DNA of 34,800 bases from Dimargaris cristalligena (lineage: Eukaryota), in assembly GCA_003614675.1 (NCBI GenBank), contig ML002386.1, positions 1 to 34,800 of the forward strand, given 5' to 3'. The notes below the pieces were generated by a model. It made no database searches and had not been told where the DNA came from. It was given only the letters and a program-made list of their open reading frames with translations. Shown here in pieces: positions 22,890-33,699 of this stretch. Position 1 is the stretch's first letter. Each line of letters opens with the position of its first letter. The position numbers and the translations under genes are program-made.

Positions 22890-24976
22890 ATGGAGTGGTC
22901 AACCTGGGTTATTATATTCCCCATCCTACTGTTTAGTATTGCTGTGTTTATCCTACTCATCGGGCCGCTCCCTCGCTGCCGCGGCACGCTTCTGGAAACG
23001 GCTTATTGGTGGCTTACGGACGACTTCCCGGTGGGTGTGAAACGGACCGCCCTGCGGATATGCGGTCGCCGGGTGACCCAATGCATCGGTCGGTCGGTTG
23101 GTTGTTTCGTGGGCACCGCCCACCCGTTTTTCCAGGCCTTGTTTATGGTCCTGTTCGGCGGTGGCCTGGTAATTTTCGTGTGCTTCGCTTGGCCCGAAAT
23201 ACCCGGTCCGTATCTTTCGAATACTCACCAGTAAGTGGCATACGTTATCCCAAACGGGAAAGATACCCCGGGGGAAAACTTTATATATTCGATCAGCACT
23301 TGTTATACCCGATTAATATGGATTAGGGCGCCGATGTGTGCTTCCCCTTTGTTTAGGATGCCTCCGCTATAGTAAAACTGTCCATGTAAGGGCCACCTTT
23401 GTGTGGGGGTATCCGGCGGTCCACTTCCACCTGTTAAGTTGGCTTAGCCGTATCACTAACTTGCTCAGCTGCATTACCTTGTGTTGGGGATTTGTATATG
23501 ATCAGTATCTTTATTCCTATATCGATCGCGTTAACTTTATACACTTATTTCAAGTGCTGCGCGAGTGACCCGGGTCGGATAACGGATGCCAACGCAAATT
23601 TGGCCCAGCGCATGTTCCCCTACGATCTAGTGTTGTTTAACCCCTACCCCTGCCGGACGTGTAAATTTATCAAGTAAGTCAATTATTGTTAGAGTTCGAG
23701 GTAGTCAATGGCTAGTGCAAAACTATAGTTCATATAAATGTTCACCAATAACTATTTATCTAATCTAAAATATGGTTTAAGCCGATTTTTCCACTAGGCC
23801 CGCACGTTCGAAGCACTGTTCCTTATGCCGGACTTGTATAGCGGGAATGGACCACCACTGTAAGTTCAACTAACCTACTGTTCGACTAGACCATTTTCTT
23901 TTAACCAGTAGTCAGGCCTTTTTAAACACTGCAATACCTAAATTTTTAACAATCTACTGCAATCGGTCCTCCTATCGCACCCGCATCCGTCCGTATTTTT
24001 GTATTTCGTAGGTGTTTGGATCAACAACTGCGTGGGCCACAACAACATTCACCTCTTTGTCAGTTTCCTGGCTAGTATGGCCTCGATGCTGGGTTACGGC
24101 TCCTGGCTCATTTTCAACATATTCCGTGGTTTCCGAGAATCTGCTCAGCTGGATGACGCATGGTACTACGACTACGAAACACGGCAGCGTGTTAAAGTGA
24201 CCTGGTTCCAGAGCTACCAGGTAAGTTCTCTTGGTTTTGCGGGGCTGTAATCTAACTTCCGCTTGGTGAAAATGGCATCTCTTGGGCGAATGGTGTAGGC
24301 CCCTTTTTTTCCTTTCCAATTGTGAATGTATTGTGGACCATAGTTAGGGTGGCTCATTAGCCTCGCTCCCTCCAAAACAAAAAAATATCTGGCCAATTCT
24401 AAACCTCATGCCTTTTGGATTTGCATTGGTATGGCCGATTTCTACTGTCTTTAGATGATACTGGCTGAGCAGCCCTTTTTGGGGGCCCTTGGAATTCTGA
24501 TGGGTCTCATCGCCCCGGCTCTGGTCATTTTCCTGGGCTATGCCTTCTATTTAATCGCTTGCGGTGCTACCGCCAACGAGTCCGACAAGTGGAGCGACCT
24601 CAACGCCTGGATTGAGGATGGTGGAGTCCGCTGGGGCCCCGTCTCCCATGCCAACCGGGTCTTTATCGAATCCTCCAATCCGAACCAGCGAATCCCGGAC
24701 CGTCAAGTGGTGATTGATGAAGAGGTGTCCTCCTCCCCTGCATCGGATGCTGCTGCCGCTGCGGATACCCCTTCCACCATGGCCGAGGTCGACTCGCCAA
24801 GCCAGCTGGAAGGAACGGGGCCGGCTGCGGCGGAGTATGGCCAAATAACGTCATTAGAGGAAGTCGATAACCTGTATGATCATGGTTGGTCGACCAATCT
24901 GAAGTACACCTTGTTTTGGGGCCCGGCGCTTCCTGCCTGCCCTGACAACACCCTCGACAAAACCAAAAGGGATTAG
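22890..24976 (+). CDS. SWF1: DHHC palmitoyltransferase, Swf1/ZDHHC4-like, about 433 aa, 5 exons
   Basis: Exons 22890-23230, 23506-23673, 23798-23859, 24012-24220 and 24455-24976; GT-AG, phases checked. Motifs [52 protein letters not shown] and NLYDHGW..NL, plus several TM segments. The Swf1 assignment rests on FPYD..LF and KPARSKHC. Confidence 0.93.
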
Positions 24977-25638
24977 GTGTGTCACCTAAGCCCGCCTTTT
25001 AAAGGATACTATTATTACTTATATTTGGCTATTGTTGGGGTCATTTCCGAGTAGTAGAGACAATGTTTAAAATATAGCCCATTGCTGGAGCTTGGTCTTC
25101 TCCCTTGGTGATGATCGCCGTTCTATTTACTACCATATCTTGTCTTCCGTTACAGTAGGGTCATCAGCTGTGATTAACCACCCACCTTCTCCCTAGAACT
25201 CTATGATTGGCCCGGCTAATTCAAAACACGGTTTTGCAATGTAATTAATAAACAATGTCTTTCGGTGACACTAACTGATTCCATCGGCATAGGCTCGGCT
25301 TAATTTATTTGTGCTTCTTTTCATTCCAACCCTGAAGTTGGCTGGTCCTAACTTTCAGGTGGTATGGCGAAGGAGGTGGTGGGCAGTGCAATTAAAACAG
25401 CATAGTTACAATGCAACCCCCTGTAAACTCCGCCATTTGCTCTTCCCAGTCTGTACCGTCAAACTGCACCCGATATTCATGGTTCGTGTTATGGTCGCTA
25501 TTCAGTTCTCATTGGTACCGCGATTAGTTCCGCTTTCTTCCATTCCCGCCTTTCTGTTCCAGTTTTGCTAGGCATTCCCCGAAATCCGGTGACTACCCCT
25601 CCTATTAATTGTTTCCCTGCCACCATTACTCCCTAATC

Positions 25639-27064
25639 ATGAGTGCTGCACCTCTCTTGCCCGTTGAAGACAGCCTCTCCGCCCTTAATCTGCCGCCTGC
25701 GTCCCTCGTTTCCACAGACCCTTCGCCACCCTCATTGGTCTCAGTATCGCCACCACCAATGGCAGAACCCCCCAGCATTCCTGCCCATGCACTGCCGTAT
25801 AAAACCCTCGAGATACCAGCGTTTGTCCCTTTAACTGCCCAGGACCCACCGGCCCTACCAAACGATAAACTGGCCCCGACCGAGCGATCGTCCCCGGTCC
25901 CTTACTCAACACGCCAGGTGGCGGACATGGCCATCGCCATTGTCAAAACGTACCTGTTTTTCCAAGGGCACATTCCTTATCCCTGGGACCAATTGGTTCA
26001 GCGCCGGCAAACGGTTAAAAACGAAGGCCAGGCCCAACCGAAACAAACGGCCGCTTCTATTGTGGAGGCCCGCCAGCTCGATAAGGTAGGTTTGCTACCC
26101 TTGAATATTTGTAAAAGCAAACCCTGGCTATAATTAGTTAATGGTTGGGGGGGTGACTTGGACTATATGCGTTTAATTCCGTTCACCAGCTCCAAAGGAG
26201 CTTCTCCCTCTTTTGGGCCCCCATAGAGTAGCATCTTTACCTAAAGCGTATTAAAGTATACTATCGGGTTAGGACTGATCCCCAATCAATATCTTTTTAT
26301 TGATGATAATATACCATGTACTTTTCATTCCCACCCTCTCCCTACAGTTGATTCTAGATGCAGATACTTTGTTTGCCATGGTCCAACAGTCCTTCCTGAG
26401 TTGGTCCACCACCGACATTCCTTCGACCGCCCTCCTGGGGCCTATTCACCTCCTGATCCAAAGTGGATCGTCACCGCCGCTGACGCAACACTCCTTGCTG
26501 GTCAAATTCCACCCCGTCAGTTTCGTTCCCTGTCCCGCCTTAGAAATGACGTCTGGTTTACCCGAACGTACTCTCAAAACCCTGATCCGGCGTATTATGC
26601 CCAACGTACCCTGGTCCCCCTTGACTTCAACTGCCGCCGCATCGCTGCCCATTCGGTTACTCGTTTGGACTCCTCGTCTCTCCCGTTTGCCTCCCCATCT
26701 CAAACCCCTGCCTCATTTTCGACTAGACCAACTTCGGGCCCATGTCCCCATACCGCGTTTGTGGATCACCGACCAGGCAGTAGAGGGTAGCTCGGCCCCT
26801 CCCGGGGATACGATGGCCACAGCGTTGGTCCCTCCCGGCACGTCCCCACCATCAAAATCACCGAAGCCATTTAAGATATTCTGCGAAAATGCGGGAACAG
26901 ACCCGCTGGTATTTCCGGTATCGCCACTTTCCCAAACCCAGCCACCCACTCCCACTTCTCCTTTCATTGTAGAAAAGGTCGCCATGAAACCCCATAACGT
27001 GGCCTGGCACTGGTCCGTATTTCCCAAGGAACTGGTGGGAGTAAAGCCATTGGGCATTTTGTAA
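25639..27064 (+). CDS. MAD2L1-binding protein (p31comet)-like HORMA protein, about 387 aa, 2 exons
   Basis: Exons 25639-26085 and 26348-27064; intron GTAGGT...CTACAG, phase 0. Motif order matches p31comet as recalled: AIVKTYLFFQGHIPYPWDQL, RQLDKLILDADTLFAMVQQSF, LLIQSGSSP, TLKTLIRRIM, LKPLPHFRL and terminal W...LVGVK. The gene model is solid; the product is by manual motif recognition. Confidence 0.7.
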
Positions 27065-28253
27065 AACGCTACTTTTTAAGGCATTTTCCCAACCTATGCT
27101 CCTATCAATTTATTTTTTTTGGACTTTCGCACTTCATTTATTTCTCAGCCGCCCTACTTATTGCCAAGACCCTCTTCTTGATGCTAAGGAGTAATATCCT
27201 ATTTTCATTCGTCCGTACCCGTATTGCGTACCTTTTTCTTTAGTTGCTTAACTCCACTGCTTGCGTGTCCAGATTGCCTCTTTGGATTGTTAGTGCCTAT
27301 TATCAGCCCTGTAAAATTCCCCCTGTCTTGTGTTTTGACCTGTAATATCATTGTGTTTCCACATTTTTGATTCCTCTTCTTGGTTATTCCCTGATCTATT
27401 TGCTTTCTAATCAACATTTTTTAAAATACAATAATAGCAACTGCGAAGTATCATAGGTTTATTGATACTGTTACTAGCGAGTATACATGAGCAGAGTAGT
27501 TGCTAAAGGGCGATTTTTAAGTAATAGTGATATAGGGGAACGGGGTCTCATTATCCAAGAACCCATGTTAGGACAGATCATTCTTCACCTTTTATACTGA
27601 AGTCTTTAGAGGATCTCTGCTAGTTGTAGAGTTGGTCTTAGTTAGTACCCCTATAATGGCTTCGGAGTCAGTTGAGGTCAATGATGGAGTAGGTGCCTGT
27701 GGCGCCTGTTCGATTACCCATTTACATGGGTCGTCAGACTGATACTCGACATCCCTGGCAATTCAGTATCAACAGTACACAATGGACATGTCAAGGTATA
27801 ATTTCTTTTATATAATGTATTTACTTGGGTGGTTCCGGGAATAAGGGGCTGATTCAAATAGGCAAGATAATTATTGGCCGCCTTTAGAGGGATATGCGGA
27901 TTAGAGTTTATGAATAAACACTAATAGGTCAACATTTTTTGAGTAATGCAAGGCCATATTCTTTCTAGATATAGTGGTACTCAACTGGGTGTCCAGTTTA
28001 TTATACAGGTTTACCACTCTTAACCCACTAAGTGTCCACAGATAGACTTTTATCAGGTAAATAAGAGGGTATATAGGTTAAGGAATCAACAGGGCATAAC
28101 CCAGGCGGGACATTCATACACACACAAAACACAGTGGGTATATTCTGGGGGGGGTATTAAGTAATATAAAAGAGAATACTAAAGATACCTATTTGGAACT
28201 TTAGGGATCTGGAGGACTTTGATGGGAAGGTGATATGGCACAATTGGTCATAT

Positions 28254-28863
28254 TGTTATAATGAACATCAATTATAATTACTACCCAGGTTAACCAGTCT
28301 TAGTCCATCAAGAGTCCTAAAGATAGGCTTTTAATGGTAGGTGGGGCTTAGGCTTAGCTAAGCAGGCTACTAGCATTAGGTATGGGGCATAGTACTAACT
28401 AATAAAGGCCACAAAATATAGGTATATGCAAGGGATGTGCAGTAAGCACACTTATTAGTCAATACAGGGGAAGTGGGTATTTATAGAGTTTATTAGATAA
28501 ACAGGGGGTAAGAAATAAGCTAAGGGATCTAACTGGCCCCAATGGGGCCTAGTTATATATATACAGGGATAACTCCAGAGGAAGGTCCTAAGGGAAGGAT
28601 ACTACTAAGACTAAGGTATAGATAGAGGGGCCAGCTGGATGGTCATAGGTATCCAGAAGACTCTGAGGGTAACCAGAAGAGACTTTGGATTAGCACTTGA
28701 GTGATTAGTGTGAGGTGGCAGAGTCTGGAAGGGGAATAGTTATGTGATATAGGGTGATCCTATAGTACCAGGGGTGGCTATGGGGAGGTTAATATGGTAC
28801 TATAAGGCCTAATAGGGATGGACATGAATGTGTCCAGATTAAGGCAGATTAGGTGGCCCAACA
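28254..28863. mobile_element. Probable solo LTR (about 590-610 bp), copy 2 of the repeat at 1055-1464
   Basis: Termini TGTT (28254)...AACA (28863), flanked by CATAT/CATAA, an imperfect 5-bp TSD. An alternative left end near 28279 aligns with TGTTACCCAGG at 33956. No CpG. Confidence 0.6.
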
Positions 28864-29449
28864 CATAATTCACCGTCCCTTGATTACTATTAATCTATTA
28901 CAAGTAAAGGAGACTTACATTATACCATTTATCTTTAAATACTACATCAACTACAGATGAGCTCTGAAGAAAGGCCTCAGCCCAATTAAATGTAATTAGC
29001 CAGTATAGCATGGAATATAGTTGTGGTGGTAAGTAACAGTGGTTCAATAGTCTCCTAAAACCCTTGACCCATCACTAAATTATAGCTGGACTTAGGACTG
29101 TGAGCCCTTATCCACTCTAAGGGCAATCATATCATCAAGGTTTAAAGTTCTGGAGGAAAGTGATGAGATGTCTGGTCTCAGTATCATTTTTTCTAATGCA
29201 TATTATCATTAGCTCTATATCCAGTAGTTTTCCGTAAGTTCGACATTTAGTCAGAAGTTAAAAAATACCTGGGTGTTCTGTCATATATACTTCAACCCAC
29301 ACAAACAACAAGTGTATTCGCTTGGACTATAGTGTAATAATCACAGACTAAAATGGTCAAGGACTTATATACTCTTGAACAACAACCTTGATTTATGAGG
29401 CCAGGTGGTATTAGTAAGCCACCCTTCATCTAAAATGCAAGAGGTCTGA

Positions 29450-30673
29450 CAATCCCACTGTCCAATACCCGCAATAGATGACTAGCTTTAACAACACTTG
29501 AAGACACCACAGTCAACCCATTAATCCCTTTGCTCTCGGCAACATCCAGTTTGTTCCGAATAGACGTGCTTTTCAGCTTAATGGCTTCAAAAAATTTTCG
29601 AGTGGGTATATTAAACTTTGACCTGATGTAATTGACTACAATAAAATACAATGCATTAGGCATTACCTAATTGTGGGTAGATTTCATTGAAACCTCCATC
29701 GAAGATTCCGTAGAGAATACCGGAGGATTGAGTGCAACAACATTGTACAGAATGGAATGTATACCACTCTGGCTGGCCGACAATATTGCCCCTTGTCAGT
29801 TTCTTGCATTTATGGGCCCCATAGAAATTCCGCCACTGGTAGGACAAAGGTTACAACGAATGCCACCATAGTGCGTCAAATACCATCAGCATGCCACCAA
29901 TGAGGGAAAACCGGCCCACTATAGATGACATATAGACCCTAGGTATTTTAGAGTAAAATCCACGACGTAAGGTCAAGTGTGCGGCTCCCAGCGTAGACAA
30001 TAGTCCGTAGAAGAAACGCACCAACTAAAGCCAGCATCTGTGTCTGCCAGCAATCCAAGATAATATAGGTGAAATCCGGCCCAGTTATATAAGACTGTAA
30101 ATGGTATATGTATGGGGGAAATATAGGAAAGACCAATCTTTCACAGATAATGTTGACCCTATCCAACGAATTCTTCGTAATATAGCGCGGTGGAACCTCT
30201 CCTATATTAACGATATTGAAAAGTTCCTTTGAGACAGCCGTGGTACAGGCAGTGGCCGGTGCATCGAGTTGGCCAAATCGAGGTTATTCCGAATTCCATT
30301 TCATCATATGTTCAATAATATGGCCTATAGTGAAACCGTTCGACCTACCAATTTCCGCCTTGACTCCCAAAATAGGGCCGAGAAATAATTTACCGTCGAA
30401 AGAGGGGAGAGGAGGATATGTCATGTTTCTGGAAGTGCTAGAAAACTGTGACACCGTAGAATCTGGGCCGGCTATGGCACCCAAGTACAATTGTGTAGTA
30501 GTCGGTCCGAAGGGGAAGATGGTCCAGGTTGCTAAAGCCGCCCACTCCGCTAAAGTTTGGATATCGCACTATGGGTGATTTCTACATCAGGTATCATAAG
30601 CGATACTACTAAAGGGAACAGCGGATATACCAGTGTTACTTTGGTAATCGCCCGAGGCCAATTTTTTCTGCAT
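29450..30673 (-). pseudogene. Decayed unknown gene X, right copy
   Basis: One frame runs about 270 codons from MQKKLASGDYQSNT (30673) through AEWAALATWTIFPFG and PRYITKNSLDRVNI with only a few in-frame stops, then frameshifts. Homologous to 4740-5800. Confidence 0.55.
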
Positions 30674-31546
30674 ATGAAATGGAAATGACGATACTACATT
30701 GATTGGGCTAAGTTTAATAAGTATACTCACAATGAATGCCTGTAGAAAATGTATAATGTTGTCAAAAATAGTAGAGCAACAATGCTGGTAACTCGCCGGA
30801 GGTTAGTAGAATACCGCGTTGAAAATAATAAACCCCACAAAATAGGCCAAGAAGACATGTTTAGGGTGCCAATTTTTTTGCTGAGCCAACATACGCGAAC
30901 AACCCCCCCCCCCTTGTGGTTCAATGGCCAATATTATATAAAAATCACAAATGTACAAGGGTGGTAGGGTGGTAGGGGAAAGGGAAATCCGAAAGGTTAC
31001 ATAGGTCCCTCTTAAAGGGGAGGCCGATGCTCTCATGGGAAGTGGCCTTAGGGCCATTTGGAATACTCGGGTTCTCCCGTCTCAATGGGTCAAAGTCCAG
31101 TAAGGGCAAGGGATGGGGAGATGGTCAATCCCACTACTGTACTTAATCATTCTAGAAATTAAACGCCTCTAATTCTATGCATTCTTTCTACCATCCACTG
31201 GCCACTTTCTCGTTCTATTTTCGAAGGGATTTGTGTACCCCCAATTCAATTGGCCCATAAACCCCCTAATCCTATCCCCTATTTTGAAATAAGGGCGTAT
31301 ATGGCCAAATCAAATTATTTTAATATACAGGGCCGACGACAAAGGCATTCTCTGCAAGGGTTGGGTACAAAATCCTTTTCATTGGCCCTATCACCGACCA
31401 TATCAAGCCAGAGGTCAAAAGTTCTATTATGTCACTGGGCCAAAGGGTTAGCCGTTGCTGGGCCTTGTCGTCCAGTATCCCATATTCTAAAATTGTATCA
31501 CACTCATAGGCAGTGGCACTGGAAGCGGCAGTTGGGCCGATAAAAA

Positions 31547-31555
31547 TATAAATAC
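31547..31555 (+). promoter_or_regulatory. TATA-like box of the secreted-protein gene
   Basis: TATAAATAC about 265 bp upstream of the ATG, conserved in the left paralog. Confidence 0.55.
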
Positions 31556-31812
31556 ACCCCCAAGCCCCACTTTTCCAGCCATCATCCGAATCCCCCTCTT
31601 CCTTTCTCCTACGATTCCTTTTCAACTGTCTATCTGTTTGTATCTACACACTCTTTGTATTTTTGGACAAGTATAGTAGTTAACCCCTTTCTAATATTCA
31701 ATTATCTGAACCACCCGTTTGAGTTTTTGGCTACAACAATTATCACTTTTAAATATATTTACACTGGCCACATCTTTTGCAACACCTTTCAAAAAAAATT
31801 GTGATATTTAGT

Positions 31813-33300
31813 ATGAAAACCCAGATTACTATACCTCTTCTGACATTGGCGACCATGTCGGTTCAGGCCGCCCCCATGGATCAGACCGCCCCATGGATCA
31901 GACCGCCGGCTGTGACAATGCCGGTTCCCCAACACTACGGCAATCATGGTAACCCTAGCTCCGGACCTAGACATCAACAACCAAGTGGTCCCGAACACAA
32001 TTACTACAGGAATGCTCTAGGGAATGCATACGATTCTTACTCCACGACTGAACAGTACGGAGACTTCAATGAGTGGGATAAGAGTAACTGGGAGGCCACC
32101 ACCAGCGGCAATGTGAAGGAATCTCGACTGGGAAAGCGTTATAATCCCGTTACTGGTGCCGGTCTCGCACCTAATGATTCCAGAAATCCAGGAATAGCTA
32201 GTGTCTACGGGAACATATATGTATCGACGACTGGCCTACCCCAACTGCCTATGAATAATGGGCCACCTAGATCCTTTGGCCAAAACCCCCATCTACTTCC
32301 TAGCGATATGTACCAGAGTGCCTTTTATCCACCCACCCAGATGCCCAATGAGTCTACTTCCTATCCGAACCATCTGACAAACGACTACTCTAACCTAGAG
32401 TTTGGAACCCCCATTGCCGCGGCTCAGCAAAATGCCAAGTTAAATGAATACAGGCGTAAGAACCCCTTCGGTCTGACGGTTACAACCGGGTTTACTAAGG
32501 ATAAGCGAGTGACCCCCCCAAATGATGACGAAAACCAGGTTGCTCGTAACAATTCATTCTGGATAGAAACCCCTACTCCCCTAAGGGAGAAACCTGGTAC
32601 TGGCGGTTTTCAACCGGGTGAAGTGAATGATGCACCTCCGACCAATACCCGTTTGACCCAGACTAACCGTAAGGGATCATTCTGGATCAACACTCCTAGC
32701 CCCAAAGACCCAGTATTCGCCAATTCTCCGTCCGAATATGTAGACTCTCCAGCCAATTTTAATAATATCGACCAGCTTGGACTGTATTTTAACTCACTGA
32801 AATCTACGCAGAACTCGAGTTCGAAAGCCGGGGTTGTCCTGAAGTCGACTGCGGTAGCGACTCCCGAAGACCCTAAGTCCCTTGATTCGACAGCCAAGGT
32901 AGCCGCTGACTCCGGTTTTTATCAGCCTCAACCAGCTTCGGGGCACAGCCCACCCAAAAAGTGGCAATACACCACTCCGTCTATGCAGGCCCCCACCGGT
33001 GGACGTACAGATACCCTGCCGGCCGGTAAATTGGCCGAGGATGAGGACGAAGATGAGGACATTTTCTATGACGCTAAATCTGTATCTGAAGTTGCCTCAG
33101 ATGCTCTCTCAGTCAAGCAAGAGTCTGCCGCTCCCACTGTTTTGAATACCCCGGCCCAATCTAAACCCTGGTTCTGGCAACGTTTATTTGCCAAGTCTTC
33201 CCCTGCCGATGTGGCCGCTGCACCAGCCCCCGAGCGTACCGAGCCTTCGCAGTTGTCGAATACTTCTTCTGGGTGGTTAAGTCGCTTCAGCCGTGCCTAA
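31813..33300 (+). CDS. Secreted, Cys-free, largely disordered protein (candidate effector), 495 aa
   Basis: Uninterrupted ORF. The ATG at 31813 aligns with the paralog start. Signal peptide ends VQA|A; N/P/S/T-rich; dibasic sites GKR and DKR; internal repeat NSFWIETPTP/GSFWINTPSP; EDEDEDEDIFYDAKS motif. Confidence 0.88.
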   Translation: MKTQITIPLLTLATMSVQAAPMDQTAPWIRPPAVTMPVPQHYGNHGNPSSGPRHQQPSGPEHNYYRNALGNAYDSYSTTEQYGDFNEWDKSNWEATTSGNVKESRLGKRYNPVTGAGLAPNDSRNPGIASVYGNIYVSTTGLPQLPMNNGPPRSFGQNPHLLPSDMYQSAFYPPTQMPNESTSYPNHLTNDYSNLEFGTPIAAAQQNAKLNEYRRKNPFGLTVTTGFTKDKRVTPPNDDENQVARNNSFWIETPTPLREKPGTGGFQPGEVNDAPPTNTRLTQTNRKGSFWINTPSPKDPVFANSPSEYVDSPANFNNIDQLGLYFNSLKSTQNSSSKAGVVLKSTAVATPEDPKSLDSTAKVAADSGFYQPQPASGHSPPKKWQYTTPSMQAPTGGRTDTLPAGKLAEDEDEDEDIFYDAKSVSEVASDALSVKQESAAPTVLNTPAQSKPWFWQRLFAKSSPADVAAAPAPERTEPSQLSNTSSGWLSRFSRA

Positions 33301-33699
33301 TAGGCTGTGCAGATTTGCTAATCATGCAATTCTTCGAAACCACTGTAGTCTTTATATTTGATTGATTGGAGAATATGTATGTACACTATCACTGTGCCAA
33401 CTCACTTTTCCTTTTTGGTATTTGGATATATTGTTTTGCTTTATATTAGCTTAGTTTCTTATTTAGCTGTATTTACTATTGGATAGTCACTGATTCTCCT
33501 TCTACATAGTTATTTTTATCATCATTTTTTCGAACTGGATTCAATTAGTCACAATAAAATCAATTTTTAGTAATCCCATTAATTTGTACAAAGCATTGAC
33601 ATCATGTACATTACTGTTCATTATATTATTCTATTATTCACTATAGTCTAACTGGAAAAAAATTGAGATTGGAGTAGTGGGGTAAACACTGGCGCTTCA

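Larger units (their letters stand above)
29450..33650 (+). repeat. Right arm of the inverted segmental duplication (partner about 1860-5800)
   Basis: See left arm. 3'-flank match CGAACTGGATTCAATTAGTCAC (about 33531-33552) vs CAAGTTGGATTCATTTATCCAC (rc about 1953-1974). Confidence 0.8.

Noticed and set aside
23461-23468. Alternative 3' splice site CTCAG after CACTAAC in DHHC intron 1
   Set aside because: Its use adds 37 nt and breaks the frame; the acceptor at 23505 gives the conserved H-IFIP...SDPG sequence.
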